A stretch of 64,000 nucleotides of DNA from Candidatus Hydrogenedentota bacterium (GTDB lineage Bacteria > Hydrogenedentota > Hydrogenedentia > Hydrogenedentales > JAEUWI01). The notes under the pieces were generated by a model. That model saw only the letters and a program-made list of their open reading frames with translations, was not told where the DNA came from and searched no databases. Shown here piece by piece: positions 46,301 through 55,901 of this stretch. The position numbers and the translations under genes were made by a program. The stretch spans positions 9,807 through 73,806 of the forward strand of contig JACPGE010000060.1 in the NCBI GenBank assembly GCA_016182605.1, in the 5' to 3' direction. Position 1 is the first letter of the stretch. Every line of letters starts with the position of its first letter.

Positions 46301-46643
46301 GATCCCGGGAGAAGGTAAGCATGTGCCCCTCGATGCCCTTAAAATGATTCTCGATACTCACCCGTTTCGTTTCCCGAATGGCCGACAGCCGGTTGAAGGC
46401 CTCATTCCGGAACGTACTGACACTGGACACAAGCACATCCAGGTTGCTGCTGTGGTTCTTGATGAGGCCCCCGATCTGTCCCCGCTTGATCTCGCGAACC
46501 GCCTCAAGTTCTCCAAAGGCCGACGCGCGCAAGGCCTTGCCAGCCAATCCCGACGCGAGCCACCCCACAACGGCAAGCGGAATGAGACCCACAAGGAGGA
46601 ACAAGCCGATCATCTTCGGCTTCATTTTGAGATTTTTTAGCAT
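43341..46643 (-). CDS. Methyl-accepting chemotaxis protein with two tandem double-Cache (dCache) periplasmic modules, a HAMP domain and an MCP signalling domain
   Basis: N-terminal TM helix [20 protein letters not shown]. About 650 aa periplasmic region with duplicated sensing modules. Second TM helix [28 protein letters not shown] domain. Highly conserved MCP signalling core ...[50 protein letters not shown]. Start set at the ATG at 46643 ([10 protein letters not shown]). Confidence 0.85.
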   Translation of the reverse strand: MLKNLKMKPKMIGLFLLVGLIPLAVVGWLASGLAGKALRASAFGELEAVREIKRGQIGGLIKNHSSNLDVLVSSVSTFRNEAFNRLSAIRETKRVSIENHFKGIEGHMLTFSRDRMVVEAMEAFAGAFPQMQAENLIEADQLARMKEDLRTYYTEQFSAEYARQNNGASIDTDKLIARLGSTAIVSQYHYIQNNPGALGAKHEMDRASDGSTYSQIHGDIHPILRDYLKQFGYYDIFFVDAGTGDIVYTVFKELDFGTNLLTGPYAETNLGEAFRQARDSEGSDTAILTDYKQYPPSYEAAASFIATPIYAGGRKIGVAIFQLSIDKLNETMGVRAGLGETGESYLVGPDHLMRSDSHLDPEHRSVLASFRNPSEGSVTTDAVEQALAGSTDVGVIVDYRGNPVLSAYAPVTVGTHTWALAVEIDVAEAFVPKDVEGHAFYDRYVNLFGYYDVFLLNPDGYCYYTQAREADYQTNLATGPYKDSNLGVLFREVMASKSAGFADFAPYAPSEDKPAAFIAQPVLRDGAVETVVALQIPLTEINAVMQERTGMGETGESYLVGPDKLMRSDSFLDTVHHTVEASFADPEAGDVDTEASTAALAGESGARVVTDYNGHRVLSAFAPVEVFGKKWALLAEIDEAEVNEPISALIRSILIAAGIAGGIVAVLAFFIAVTIVAPLLKGVDFVQVVSGGDFTQQSSVDQKDEVGILVRALNRMAATLRSTIQQVVSHALTIASSSREMAGTAGTMTRSAEEMTHMAHSAAASTEEASANLQNIAAGIEEMSANSNTVAAASEEVSANLITVGAAIEEMATNMSTIAERSKNMSASVNTVSAAVTEMSASLGGVSESTRRSSDVAAKAVEQASSTVRTVAALNESVKKIESIVEIITSIASQTNLLALNATIEAASAGEAGKGFAVVAAEVKELASQTSKATSEIRQFIDQIQTDTRLSTEAIAKIEGVVRNLNGAFAEINAAVSEQSKAVNEISMSVADTAEGTNEVSRTVDEAAAGVQEITRNVQQASMGMNDIARNIGELAAVSNEISKNAGEASLGMSDTARIVASVNSAAESNKKCAQEMSDSASSMETLSLELEALMKQFKV

Positions 46644-46987
46644 AAAAATGGTTTTCCAGTTTTGAACAAGCCCGCAGATACTACCCAGATGGCAAGCATA
46701 CAATAGATTTTCACGGCTTGCAACACTTTATTTCCCGATACCCAAGCTTGGATATGCCTTGACTCAGTTCCCTAAATTGTCAATGCTTGTGTTCGAAATG
46801 CATAACTAAACGGCGAATAACGCTAAAGATCTAGCTCCCGCTCCAAGTGTCTTACGATGGCAGTCCCGGCCGAATACGCCAGGTTGACTCGCAAGGTGTG
46901 CGCTGTCCATCATGAACCCGCATTAACGCCGATTCCAATGACTGTTTGGCAACTATTTGTGGTGTGCTCACCCGGAGGAGAATAGCT

Positions 46988-48541
46988 ATGACAAAGCGAT
47001 GGATACGGTTGACAATGGGGCTCTTCTTCTGGACACTGGCCCTCCAACCCGCCTTTGCCGGGCTCGCGCTCCCATCGCTTTTCACGGATCATATGCTGCT
47101 CCAAATGCGTACACCCCTGCTTGTTTGGGGCACGGCCACCCCCGGGGAGACCGTTGAAGTTGCCCTCTTTGATATCAAAAAGTCTGGAAAAGCGGATGCC
47201 AGCGGCACCTGGAGTGTGACCCTTCCGCCCCTTGAGGCTCGCGCAGATGCCGGAACACTTACCATAACGTCCGGGCAGGATACGAAAACGATACACGATG
47301 TGCTGCTGGGCGAAGTCTGGGTCTGTTCCGGCCAGTCCAATATGCAGTGGGGCGTCAATCGCGCGCTGAACCCGGAAGAAGAGATCGCCGCGGCAAATCA
47401 TCCCAACTTGCGCCTCTTCCAGGTTCCACGCCTGACCGCGGATACGCCCCAAACCGCCATCGACGCACAATGGCAACGTTGTACGCCCGAAACGATAGGC
47501 GGCTTCTCTGCCGTAGCCTATTATTTCGGCCGCGAACTTCAGCGCATGCGCAACGTGCCCGTCGGACTCATTCATACTTCCTGGGGAGGCACTCCCTCCG
47601 AGTCCTGGACCGCGCTCGACGAATTGCAGAAACTGGAAGTGGCCGCTCCCCTGCTCAAGCGCTGGGACGGCCTTATCGCCGCCTACCCGGCAGCCAGGCA
47701 AAAATACGACCGGGAACTGGCGGACTGGCAGAAGGCGGCAGAAGCCGCCAAAGCCGCCGGTGCCGAAGAGCCGCGCCGCCCGGCAGAACCCATGGGACCA
47801 CACCATACCCACCGCCCGGCAACCCTGTACAACGCCATGATCCATCCACTCCTTCCGTACACCATCGGAGGCGCCATCTGGTATCAAGGAGAAAGCAACG
47901 CGGGGCGTGCCTACCAGTACCGCGCCCTCTTTCCCACTATGATCGAGAACTGGCGTGAAGACTGGAATCAGGGAAAATTCCCCTTCCTCTTTGTGCAACT
48001 CGCAAACTTCGAGGCGAGCCAGAAAGCGCCCTACGCCTCGGAATGGGCCGAACTCCGCGAAGCCCAGGCGATGACCCTCAAGCTCAAAAACACAGGCATG
48101 GCCGTGACCATCGATATCGGCGACCCCAAAGACATCCACCCCAAGAACAAACAGGAGGTGGGCCGCCGGCTGGCCCTCCTGGCGCAAACGGTGGCCTATG
48201 GCGAAAAAGACATCCTCAGCAACGGACCCCAATTCAAGAAGGCCCGCTTCAAAGACGGCAAGGCCGTTTTGCGCTTTGTCCATACGGGCGGGGGGCTTGC
48301 CGCCAAAGACGGACCACTGACAGGCTTTGGTATTGCGGGGGCAGACCAGAAGTTCGTCGACGCGGATGCCGTAATCGAGGGCGATACCGTGCGCGTCTCC
48401 TCGCCGCAGGTGCCCAAGCCCATCGCTGTGCGCTATGCCTGGGCGGACAACCCAGCCTGCAACCTCTGCAATGGCGCCGGCCTCCCCGCTTCGCCATTCC
48501 GTACCGACGATTGGCCCGGATTAACGATTGACGCGCGCTGA
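46988..48541 (+). CDS. Sialate O-acetylesterase-like SGNH hydrolase (carbohydrate esterase)
   Basis: Signal peptide MTKRWIRLTMGLFFWTLALQPAFA. GEVWVCSGQSNMQWGV (the GQSNM catalytic Ser block of the DUF303/SASA family). IWYQGESNAG. 517 aa. Confidence 0.75.
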   Translation: MTKRWIRLTMGLFFWTLALQPAFAGLALPSLFTDHMLLQMRTPLLVWGTATPGETVEVALFDIKKSGKADASGTWSVTLPPLEARADAGTLTITSGQDTKTIHDVLLGEVWVCSGQSNMQWGVNRALNPEEEIAAANHPNLRLFQVPRLTADTPQTAIDAQWQRCTPETIGGFSAVAYYFGRELQRMRNVPVGLIHTSWGGTPSESWTALDELQKLEVAAPLLKRWDGLIAAYPAARQKYDRELADWQKAAEAAKAAGAEEPRRPAEPMGPHHTHRPATLYNAMIHPLLPYTIGGAIWYQGESNAGRAYQYRALFPTMIENWREDWNQGKFPFLFVQLANFEASQKAPYASEWAELREAQAMTLKLKNTGMAVTIDIGDPKDIHPKNKQEVGRRLALLAQTVAYGEKDILSNGPQFKKARFKDGKAVLRFVHTGGGLAAKDGPLTGFGIAGADQKFVDADAVIEGDTVRVSSPQVPKPIAVRYAWADNPACNLCNGAGLPASPFRTDDWPGLTIDAR

Positions 48542-48604
48542 TCCCGTGCCCTGAAACCCGGACCCGGATTCCCGCGTCCATTGCGGCATAACTTGGAGAA
48601 CCCC

Positions 48605-49621
48605 ATGCGTGCAGCGCTAATCGACGGCGGATTCGGCATCGACAACGTCAAGGTGATTTCCCGGCCCGACCCGGCGCCGGGCCCGGGGCAGGTGCTCATT
48701 CGGGTCCATGCGGCCTCGCTGAACTACCGCGACCTGCTTACCGTCCGCGGGCACTACAACCCCAAACAGCCCCTTCCACTCATTCCCTGCTCCGACGGCG
48801 CAGGGGAGGTGCTCGCCGCCGGAGAGGGCGTGACCCGGGTGAAACCGGGAGACAAGGTCGCCGGGGCCTTTGCCCAGGGCTGGATCGGCGGAAGGCCCAC
48901 GCGCGAAAAAGTTCAAGCCACCACCCTCGGCGGACCGCGCGATGGCATGCTCGCCGAACTCATTTGTCTGCATGAAAGTGGTGTCGTTGTCCTGCCCGAT
49001 CACCTCAGTTACAACGAAGGCGCCACCCTGCCCTGCGCCGCCGTGACGGCCTGGAGTGCCCTGGTCCGCCATGGCCACCTGAAAGCGGGGGAAACCGTCC
49101 TCACCCTGGGCACCGGCGGGGTCTCCGTCTTCGCCTTGCAACTCGCACGCCTCTTCGGCGCGGAAGTGATCATCACCTCCAGCAGCGACGCCAAGCTGGA
49201 ATGCGCCCGCGAGTTCGGCGCGGCCCACACCATCAACTACCGCGAAGACCCCCAATGGTCCCGCACCGTCCGCGCGCTGACCAATGGCGAGGGGGTGGAT
49301 CATATCGTCGAAGTCGGCGGCGTGGGCACCCTCACACAATCCACCCGGTGCGTCGCCATGGGCGGCAACATCTACCTCATCGGCGTGCTCGCCGGCCCCG
49401 AAGCGCCCCTCAATCTCACCCCCGTACTGATGCAGGACGTGCGCATTCAGGGGGTTTTCGTCGGGCCCGTCGAAGCCTTCGAAGAGATGAACCGCGCCAT
49501 TGCCGCAAGTGGATTGCGCCCCGTCATCGATACCGTCTTTCCGCTCGACGAAGTGCAAGAGGCATTCAGCTACATGGAGTCCGGCGAACACTTCGGCAAA
49601 ATCGTCATCTCAATGGACTAA
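48605..49621 (+). CDS. Zn-independent MDR-family NAD(P)H:quinone oxidoreductase / alcohol dehydrogenase-like
   Basis: MRAALIDGGFG...VLIRVHAASLNYRDL... Nucleotide-binding GETVLTLGTGGVSVFALQLARLFGAEVIITSSS. Confidence 0.8.
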   Translation: MRAALIDGGFGIDNVKVISRPDPAPGPGQVLIRVHAASLNYRDLLTVRGHYNPKQPLPLIPCSDGAGEVLAAGEGVTRVKPGDKVAGAFAQGWIGGRPTREKVQATTLGGPRDGMLAELICLHESGVVVLPDHLSYNEGATLPCAAVTAWSALVRHGHLKAGETVLTLGTGGVSVFALQLARLFGAEVIITSSSDAKLECAREFGAAHTINYREDPQWSRTVRALTNGEGVDHIVEVGGVGTLTQSTRCVAMGGNIYLIGVLAGPEAPLNLTPVLMQDVRIQGVFVGPVEAFEEMNRAIAASGLRPVIDTVFPLDEVQEAFSYMESGEHFGKIVISMD

Positions 49622-49633
49622 TCCGTCCGCCAC

Positions 49634-50101
49634 TCATTCGGGTTGCCCGCGCAATTCGTTCAACACCTTCATCTTCGACTCGATCATCTGGGGATGATTC
49701 AAATTCAACAAATTCCGCAGCTTGTGCGCCAAGTGATCCTCGTGCCCGTCCAGCGTGCCATCGCTGTAAAATATCCGCCAGATCTCCTCCAGCACCGCCA
49801 GCTTCTCCTGCTGGGTCAAGCGCCCGTTCAACTCCGCGGTGAACCGGAACAGATCCGTGCTCTCATCGCGCACCTCCATCGCCGCCTCCAGCAGTTCCTC
49901 CGCCTCCTCCTCCCTCAGTTCGAATCGCTGGCGCACCGCATGCAAGATGTGCCGCCGCTCGTCATTCGTAAACTCATCGTCGATCCGCGCCGCTTCCAGC
50001 AGCAACACGCACGTGGCCAACTCCAGCCGCTCATGAGGCGCTTGCTCCGGAGCGGTGGACTTGCCGCTCCCCAGTAGCACCTGTTTAATCCGGTTCAGCA
50101 C
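49634..50101 (-). CDS. TerB-family (tellurite resistance TerB-like) protein
   Basis: 155-aa all-helical protein. ...ELATCVLLLEAARIDDEFTNDERRHILHAVRQRFEL...LAVLEEIWRIFYSDGTLDGHEDHLAHKL matches the TerB-family architecture. Confidence 0.6.
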   Translation of the reverse strand: MLNRIKQVLLGSGKSTAPEQAPHERLELATCVLLLEAARIDDEFTNDERRHILHAVRQRFELREEEAEELLEAAMEVRDESTDLFRFTAELNGRLTQQEKLAVLEEIWRIFYSDGTLDGHEDHLAHKLRNLLNLNHPQMIESKMKVLNELRGQPE

Positions 50102-50489
50102 TGCCTGGCTCCTTTGCCATCACAAGGCGCTGCCTCGTTCCCTGCGAATCGATTCCCGCCGGCTGGACCGGCGCCCTGCGCGGGATCCCTGACACTGACG
50201 GCGCATCCGGGCTGCATGCCCCAAGTGTATTCGGCACAAACCATTGCACGAACCGCTTTTCTTCACGGAGCACAGGGTATACAGCCCGTGAGTCCGCGCC
50301 ATTAAGGTACTATACCGCCCAGTCACGAGGCAAACTCCAAGATGGCTTCAGCCATCAACCTAAGTTTCGATCCCGCCATTCCGAAAAAATTTGAGTTGAC
50401 AAAAAGAGGCTTCTTGCGATATCTTCATTCGCAAGGGGCATCTGCACACTAGCTAATAGGGGCATAGCGTGAGGCTCGGAGGTTTTAAA

Positions 50490-52259
50490 ATGAAACTGTA
50501 TTCTGTCGTATTGTCTTTACTCTTACTTGCCGCGGGTCAGGCTTCGGGGCAAACCACCCTGAGCCTGGGCGATGCCGTACCGCTCCTCAACAGCGACTTC
50601 TACACCGGAGTCGACCAAAATGGTTCCGGGCCGTCCCCATCGGGCCGGCTCACCTTCTTCGGCCAGCCCTCCAAAGACGGTACCCAAGTCGCCTTCTGGG
50701 CCGCCGCCGGAAACTTCAGTTCTATCGCCATCTTCGGGGTCACCATTGGGGAGCCCGATAGCTGGTTTCGTATATCCCCCGATATTGCAGCTTCGCCCAG
50801 CACACCCATTGCTTGGAGCCCGGACGACAGCCATGTCTTCACCACGGATCGGCGCTTCGATGTGGCTACGGGAACCGAAGAAATTCCCTTTGGTTACACG
50901 CTGCAACACCCAGTCAATGGAGCCGAATTCTACCCCATTGATGACACCAGCACTACGAGCACAGCATCCGGAAACTGGCTCGCCACATTGGCGAACCCGC
51001 TGGTGCCGGCTGGCGGCGGCTACGAACAGGTGCTACTGGTTCCCGTTCACCCCGATGGTTCACTGGATACGGGCCGGGATCCCGTATTCGTAACGAACTT
51101 CTCCGACGGCCTGGAATTCGACTGGCCACACATCTCTGTAGACGGTTCATTGGTGGCGGGCGCCTACTTCCAAGGGGGCGGCGTCAGCGGCGTCAATGCC
51201 GATGTCAGCGATATCTACCTCGTCAAAAATGTGCAACAGATTGTCGCCGCGCCTAAAATAGCAGGTACGATGATCTCCTCGCTGGCTCCGACCTCGGCCG
51301 CGGACAGCAATGTCGTGGCCATTCGCACGAACGAAGACGCGGTAGACAATTTCGCGCACGTGCCGGTCTTCTCCCAGGCGAAGGACCTCGTGTTCTATTG
51401 CGAAGATTGGAACAACATTTGGACAGACGACGATTTCTTCGGAACACTCAACCTCAGTGATTTCGACATCATGGCGTCAAACACCGACGGCACCGGTGCC
51501 GACATCCGCTTTCCAAATGCCGGCAACCAATTTGTCACCGGGCTCACCCTCGGCGGATTGCGCGTGCTCTACCTGAACGGACCCGGCGCAAACATCCAGC
51601 TCTACATGAGCACCATCGAAACCGCCACCAGCGTCGAAGACGTCTCCGATCCCTTGCCGGAAAACACCACCGAGGTGGATCTCGGCGAAGGGCCCGTGCC
51701 GCTCCCCTTCGTACTCACCGACAGCGCCGTGCAATTGACCACCGAAGCAGAAGTGGCCGACGCAAGCGGCACCACGATCGTCTTGCCGCCCAATCAGGTC
51801 ATCAACTTCCCGGAAGGCTCCGGCGCCTCCTCCATCACGATTGAGACCCCCATCTCGCCCGTAACGGAAGCGCAGTTGCCGCCGAATCCGTTCGTCAATG
51901 CCATCCCGATCGTGCGCGAATTCACCCCCTCCGGAACCCAGTTCTTCCCCCCGATCTCCATCACCATCGCCTACACCGATGCGGAAGTCGACGGCATCGA
52001 CGAAGCCAATCTAGCGCCCTACCTCTTCAACGACATGACCGGCATCTTCGATATCCCCGTAGCGCCGGAAGACATTATCGATCGTGACGTGGTGAACAAC
52101 ACCATCACCTTCCGTGTCTCCCACTTCAGCGTCTACGGTCTCGGAGGCACCCTGGAAAGCGCCGTACCCGCAAGCTCGAACACCGGGCTTATCGCCCTGA
52201 CAGCGCTCCTGCTGCTCACAGGAGCCGCAGTCGCCACGCGCCGCGCCATGCAGCGCTAA
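50490..52259 (+). CDS. Secreted protein of unknown function with a C-terminal hydrophobic-helix/basic-tail sorting-signal-like segment (PEP-CTERM-like variant?)
   Basis: RBS GGAGG before the ATG at 50490. Signal peptide MKLYSVVLSLLLLAAGQASG. Asp/Thr/Gly-rich beta-type composition. C-terminus VPASSNTGLIALTALLLLTGAAVATRRAMQR. Confidence 0.5.
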   Translation: MKLYSVVLSLLLLAAGQASGQTTLSLGDAVPLLNSDFYTGVDQNGSGPSPSGRLTFFGQPSKDGTQVAFWAAAGNFSSIAIFGVTIGEPDSWFRISPDIAASPSTPIAWSPDDSHVFTTDRRFDVATGTEEIPFGYTLQHPVNGAEFYPIDDTSTTSTASGNWLATLANPLVPAGGGYEQVLLVPVHPDGSLDTGRDPVFVTNFSDGLEFDWPHISVDGSLVAGAYFQGGGVSGVNADVSDIYLVKNVQQIVAAPKIAGTMISSLAPTSAADSNVVAIRTNEDAVDNFAHVPVFSQAKDLVFYCEDWNNIWTDDDFFGTLNLSDFDIMASNTDGTGADIRFPNAGNQFVTGLTLGGLRVLYLNGPGANIQLYMSTIETATSVEDVSDPLPENTTEVDLGEGPVPLPFVLTDSAVQLTTEAEVADASGTTIVLPPNQVINFPEGSGASSITIETPISPVTEAQLPPNPFVNAIPIVREFTPSGTQFFPPISITIAYTDAEVDGIDEANLAPYLFNDMTGIFDIPVAPEDIIDRDVVNNTITFRVSHFSVYGLGGTLESAVPASSNTGLIALTALLLLTGAAVATRRAMQR

Positions 52260-52284
52260 CAACCAATCTAGCGTCCAGTCCTGA

Positions 52285-52325
52285 CGGCCCCGGAAGTCCA
52301 CAGACTCCCGGGGCCGCTTTTCTCG
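52285..52325 (+). terminator. Rho-independent terminator candidate
   Basis: Stem cggccccgg / ccggggccg (9 bp, 14-nt loop) followed by cttttctc. About 25 nt after the stop at 52259. Confidence 0.4.
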
Positions 52326-52388
52326 CGCGCCAGATGGATAGGGACACAGTCACCACCTGCGCCTGTCATGGCAGTCTGTGCGCATCTA

Positions 52389-52528
52389 TCCCGGATAAAT
52401 CACGGGCTCCACGTATTCGTGTCATAACCCCTTTTCTCGTCTGTCATTGCCACAACATGCACGGCGGCATCGCCAGACAGCCCGCGCTTTAGCCTGCCCG
52501 GTGAACGCCAGCGCCATCGTCACGCTGA
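52389..52528. repeat. Interspersed repeat copy (hairpin-partner module + loop + 50-bp core). Left member of a near-identical inverted pair with 63490..63603
   Basis: 52389..52460 differs from the reverse complement of 63531..63603 at a single position (tattcgtg vs tatttgtg). A further ~40 bp is ~70% identical. 52478..52528 is a core copy (cagcccgcgctttagcctgcccggtgaacgccagcgccatcgtcacgctga). Confidence 0.8.
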
Positions 52529-53006
52529 TGGACTGGATCGACGATCTGCCAGTGGAGATCGAGCTTGTCGCGGGGCTGCCGGGCGAAGCCGGCGCGGAAC
52601 CGGTGCAGCCGCGGGAACAGCGCCATAACGGCAGAAACTTGCCGCGCCTTCGCCCTGCTTGATAAAATCTCCCACGCAGTTGAAGTTCTTCCCCACGCAT
52701 GCCTCCGGCATGGATGCGCCCGATGGTTCACGCACACACCAGCGATGACTTGCGGCGCCCGCGTGAGCGGCGCCCGCACGGGGCCGCGTTTTTGCTGCAT
52801 TCCAACCCAACCTTCACCCCGTTTGACTGCCTCGATCCGTCTGCCGTATCTACCCCTGTCCCGCGCGGCGTCAAATGTCTGCCGTCAACGAGCGAAATCC
52901 TCGATGCGCCTGCCAGGATTCAACTCCACCCCCCATTCCGTGGGATTCCACAGCGCTGCTACAACCGCCGGGCAGTCGTTACTGCCGGGAAAGGCTCGAT
53001 ACAAAT

Positions 53007-54671
53007 ATGATCTGGATTCAGGAACTCTTCAAAGGAGAATCCATCGCCGGTACCGTCGCGATACTTGCCCTGGTCGCTGTGGTGGGACTCGTCTTCGGCA
53101 GCCTCAAACTCCGCGGCGTCGGTCTCGGTATTGCCGGCGTGCTCTTCTCCGGCCTCCTCTTCGGCCACCTCAAGTTCTCCGTCAATCCGGAGATGATGGA
53201 GTTCGCGCGCGAATTCGGACTCATCCTCTTCGTCTACTCCATCGGCATGCAAGTCGGGCCCGGCATCATCGACTCCCTCCGCCGCGAAGGGCTTCCCATG
53301 AATCTCCTCGCCGCAGGTGTCGTGCTCCTCGGAGCCGCAACCGCCCTCGTACTCGGCCGCTATTTCAATGTGGAAATGCCCGTCATCGTCGGCCTCCTTA
53401 GCGGCGCCACCACCAACACACCCAGCCTCGGCGCTGCCCAGGCCGCCATCTTCGATTCCGGTGGCGCCGCGGAACTGCTCGCCCTCCCCGGACTGGGCTA
53501 CGCCGTCGCCTATCCCTTCGGCATTGTCGGCATCATCCTCTCCATGCTCTTCTTGCGATTCTTCTTCCGCGTCAAAGTGGCCGGCGAGGCCGCCGCGCTC
53601 AAGCAGGCCCGCGCAGGGCAGGTCGAGTCGCTGGAACGCTCCAATCTGGCCGTCGAAAACCCCAATCTCGAAGGCATGCCACTCGGGGAAATATCGCTCT
53701 TCGAAGATTCCGGCGTCATCATCTCACGCGTCCAGCACGAAGGCATTCAATCCGTGGCCACCCCAAAGACCGTCCTCCACCTGGGAGACATCGTGCTCGC
53801 CGTGGGCCCGCCCAAAAAACTTCACGCACTCAAGCTCCTCGTGGGACAAAAGTCCGCGATCGATCTCTCCAGCGCACCCAGTGCCGTCGAATCGAAAAAA
53901 CTCATTGTCACAAAAAATAACGTCGTGGGAAAAACCCTCCGCGAACTCGCCCTGCCCATCCGTTTCAACGTGCGCGTTACCCGCCTCCTCCGTGCAGGCG
54001 TCGAAATGCCCATCGTGCCCTCCATGAAACTGCACTACGGTGACACCATCGTCACCGTCGGCGATAAGGAACACCTCGATCAGGTCGCAAGCATCGTCGG
54101 CAACTCCAAGCGCGCCCTGAACCATCCGGAAATGCTGCCCGTCTTCATCGGCATCGTGCTCGGCGTCATCGTGGGCAGCATTCCCTTTCACGTGCCCGGC
54201 GTGCCCGCACCCGTAAAGCTCGGCCTCGCCGGGGGCCCCTTGCTCGTCGCCATCGTCCTCAGCCGCCTCGGCAACGTGGGCAATGTCGTCTGGTACCTGC
54301 CCGACAGCGCCAGCCTCATCATCCGGGAACTCGGGATCGTGCTCTTCCTCTCCTGCGTCGGACTCAAGGCCGGCAACCACCTTATGGAAACCCTCGTAAA
54401 CGGCGACGGCCTGCTCTGGGTGTTCATCGGCGCCATGATCACCATGGTGCCCCTGATCGTCATCGGTGCGATCGCGCGCGTCGCCATGAAGATGAACTTC
54501 CTCTCCGTGTGCGGCCTCCTCGCCGGCAGCATGACCGATCCCCCCGCACTCGCCTTCGCCGGCAACTTCGCAGGCTCCGAAGGCCCCACCGTCGCCTACG
54601 CCACCGTCTACCCCCTCACCATGATCCTCCGCGTGATCATCGCCCAAGTCTTGATTCTCATGTTCCTGTGA
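53007..54671 (+). CDS. YidE/YbjL-type putative transporter (AAE, aspartate:alanine exchanger family) with two internal TrkA_C/RCK_C domains
   Basis: Duplicated 5-TM halves (GVGLGIAGVLFSGLLFGHL... and ...LGLAGGPLLVAIVLSRLG) separated by two RCK_C-like segments (MPLGEISLFEDSGVIISRVQHEG ; VVGKTLRELALPIRFNVRVTRLLRAG). Confidence 0.75.
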   Translation: MIWIQELFKGESIAGTVAILALVAVVGLVFGSLKLRGVGLGIAGVLFSGLLFGHLKFSVNPEMMEFAREFGLILFVYSIGMQVGPGIIDSLRREGLPMNLLAAGVVLLGAATALVLGRYFNVEMPVIVGLLSGATTNTPSLGAAQAAIFDSGGAAELLALPGLGYAVAYPFGIVGIILSMLFLRFFFRVKVAGEAAALKQARAGQVESLERSNLAVENPNLEGMPLGEISLFEDSGVIISRVQHEGIQSVATPKTVLHLGDIVLAVGPPKKLHALKLLVGQKSAIDLSSAPSAVESKKLIVTKNNVVGKTLRELALPIRFNVRVTRLLRAGVEMPIVPSMKLHYGDTIVTVGDKEHLDQVASIVGNSKRALNHPEMLPVFIGIVLGVIVGSIPFHVPGVPAPVKLGLAGGPLLVAIVLSRLGNVGNVVWYLPDSASLIIRELGIVLFLSCVGLKAGNHLMETLVNGDGLLWVFIGAMITMVPLIVIGAIARVAMKMNFLSVCGLLAGSMTDPPALAFAGNFAGSEGPTVAYATVYPLTMILRVIIAQVLILMFL

Positions 54672-54789
54672 GCAGCGCAAAACCTGAAAAGCCACGCCAA
54701 AACAAAGTCGCCAACAGCAAGATCGCTGCAATGGAAAACGTGGCGCCCACAGCTCAACGAGCCCGGCAACGCAAAGACCTTCTACGTCC

Positions 54790-55085
54790 CCGTCGGCCTT
54801 GCCGGAAGTAGGCCTTCGCTCGCCGGGCGCAGGTATGGGCGCTTTCCGTGCGGAGCCCAAGTGCGGGCGTGGAGTATGCCCTCGGGCAGGCAGTGGAGCG
54901 CGTTGCCCACAAGTTTTGAAGTGGTGAAATATGCGGGTTAGCCCGGATAAATCACGGGCTCCAGCCGACGGAGCCATAACTCTCACTCACACTTGCTGTT
55001 GCCCAAACCTTGGATCCGGAAACAACAGACAGCCCGTGATTTAACCTGCCCGGTGAACGCCAGCACCATCGTCACGCTGAGCAGT
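54790..55085. repeat. Most complete copy of the interspersed repeat family (about 295 bp; plus orientation)
   Basis: Modules in order: aggccttcgctcgccgggc ; ttgaagtggtgaaatatgcgggttagc ; cccggataaatcacgggctcc ; ~70-nt loop ; cagcccgtgatttaacctgcccggtgaacgccagcaccatcgtcacgctgagca. The stem aaatcacgggct/agcccgtgattt forms a 12-bp hairpin. Confidence 0.8.
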
Positions 55086-55172
55086 CAAAAATGCGCATAT
55101 TGATAATAATGGCTTATATTGACGGAGGGGGGCTTGGTTTGATGATGCCTGGTGGGTTCCGCGTGACGGGTC

Positions 55173-55201
55173 TTGACAGGGCATTCGCAGGGTGGCACAA
55201 T
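55173..55201 (+). promoter_or_regulatory. Sigma-70-like promoter candidate for the TetR-icmF cluster
   Basis: TTGACA-17 nt-CACAAT (or CAATAT at 19 nt). Followed by a palindromic gagcgctc core that could serve as the TetR operator. Confidence 0.3.
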
Positions 55202-55242
55202 ATTGAGCGAGCGCTCAGTCGGAACACGCTAAAGGTCTGCCC

Positions 55243-55875
55243 ATGTCTGGTGCCGCCACGCGAAATGTCCCCGCCCAAGTCAAGAATGCCGATTTGGTTT
55301 CCCGGCGCCGCCAGGAGTTAATCCAGGCGGCGGTGGGCCTCTTTGGGCGCAAGGGCTATCACGAGACGACCACGCGCGAGCTTGCCCGCGAGGTGGGCTG
55401 GTCGGTGGGGGCGCTTTACGAATACATTTCCTCGAAGGAAGATGTGTTGTATCTGGTGTGCGATTCCATCCATGGGGAGATGGAGCGCGCAGTGATTGAC
55501 ATCATGCCGGAGCAGCCGTGCAGTCTGGCATCTTTCCGGGAGATTTTTGCGGCGTACTTGCGCACGTGCGATCGGATGCAGGCGCCGATCCTGCTTATCT
55601 ACCAGCAGACGCGTTCGCTGAAGCCGGCGTCGCGGCAGCATGTGTTGCGGAACGAGGCGCGCATCACGGGGCTTTTCGAGGAATTGATTGCGCGGGGCGT
55701 GGCCGAGGGGGCGTTTTGCATCCCTGAGGGGACGCCCCCCGGATTGCTGGCGCACAATATTATGGTCACGGGTCACCAGTGGGCGTTTCGCCGCTGGGCC
55801 TTTGGCGGGCCGGTCCCGATTGAGACCTATATCCAGCAGCAATGGGCACTACTTGAACGCATCGTGACGGCCTGA
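55243..55875 (+). CDS. TetR/AcrR family transcriptional regulator
   Basis: N-terminal HTH RRQELIQAAVGLFGRKGYHETTTRELAREVGWSVGALYEYISSKEDVL. 210 aa. Confidence 0.85.
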   Translation: MSGAATRNVPAQVKNADLVSRRRQELIQAAVGLFGRKGYHETTTRELAREVGWSVGALYEYISSKEDVLYLVCDSIHGEMERAVIDIMPEQPCSLASFREIFAAYLRTCDRMQAPILLIYQQTRSLKPASRQHVLRNEARITGLFEELIARGVAEGAFCIPEGTPPGLLAHNIMVTGHQWAFRRWAFGGPVPIETYIQQQWALLERIVTA

Positions 55876-55901
55876 GGGCCGCAGCCAGGAGAGACCGGAT
55901 C

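Noticed and set aside
46644-46987. Sigma-54 or sigma-28 promoter for the MCP in the AT-rich divergent control region
   Set aside because: Partial matches (TGGCAAG..., GCCGTGAA) have the wrong spacing for either consensus. No confident call.
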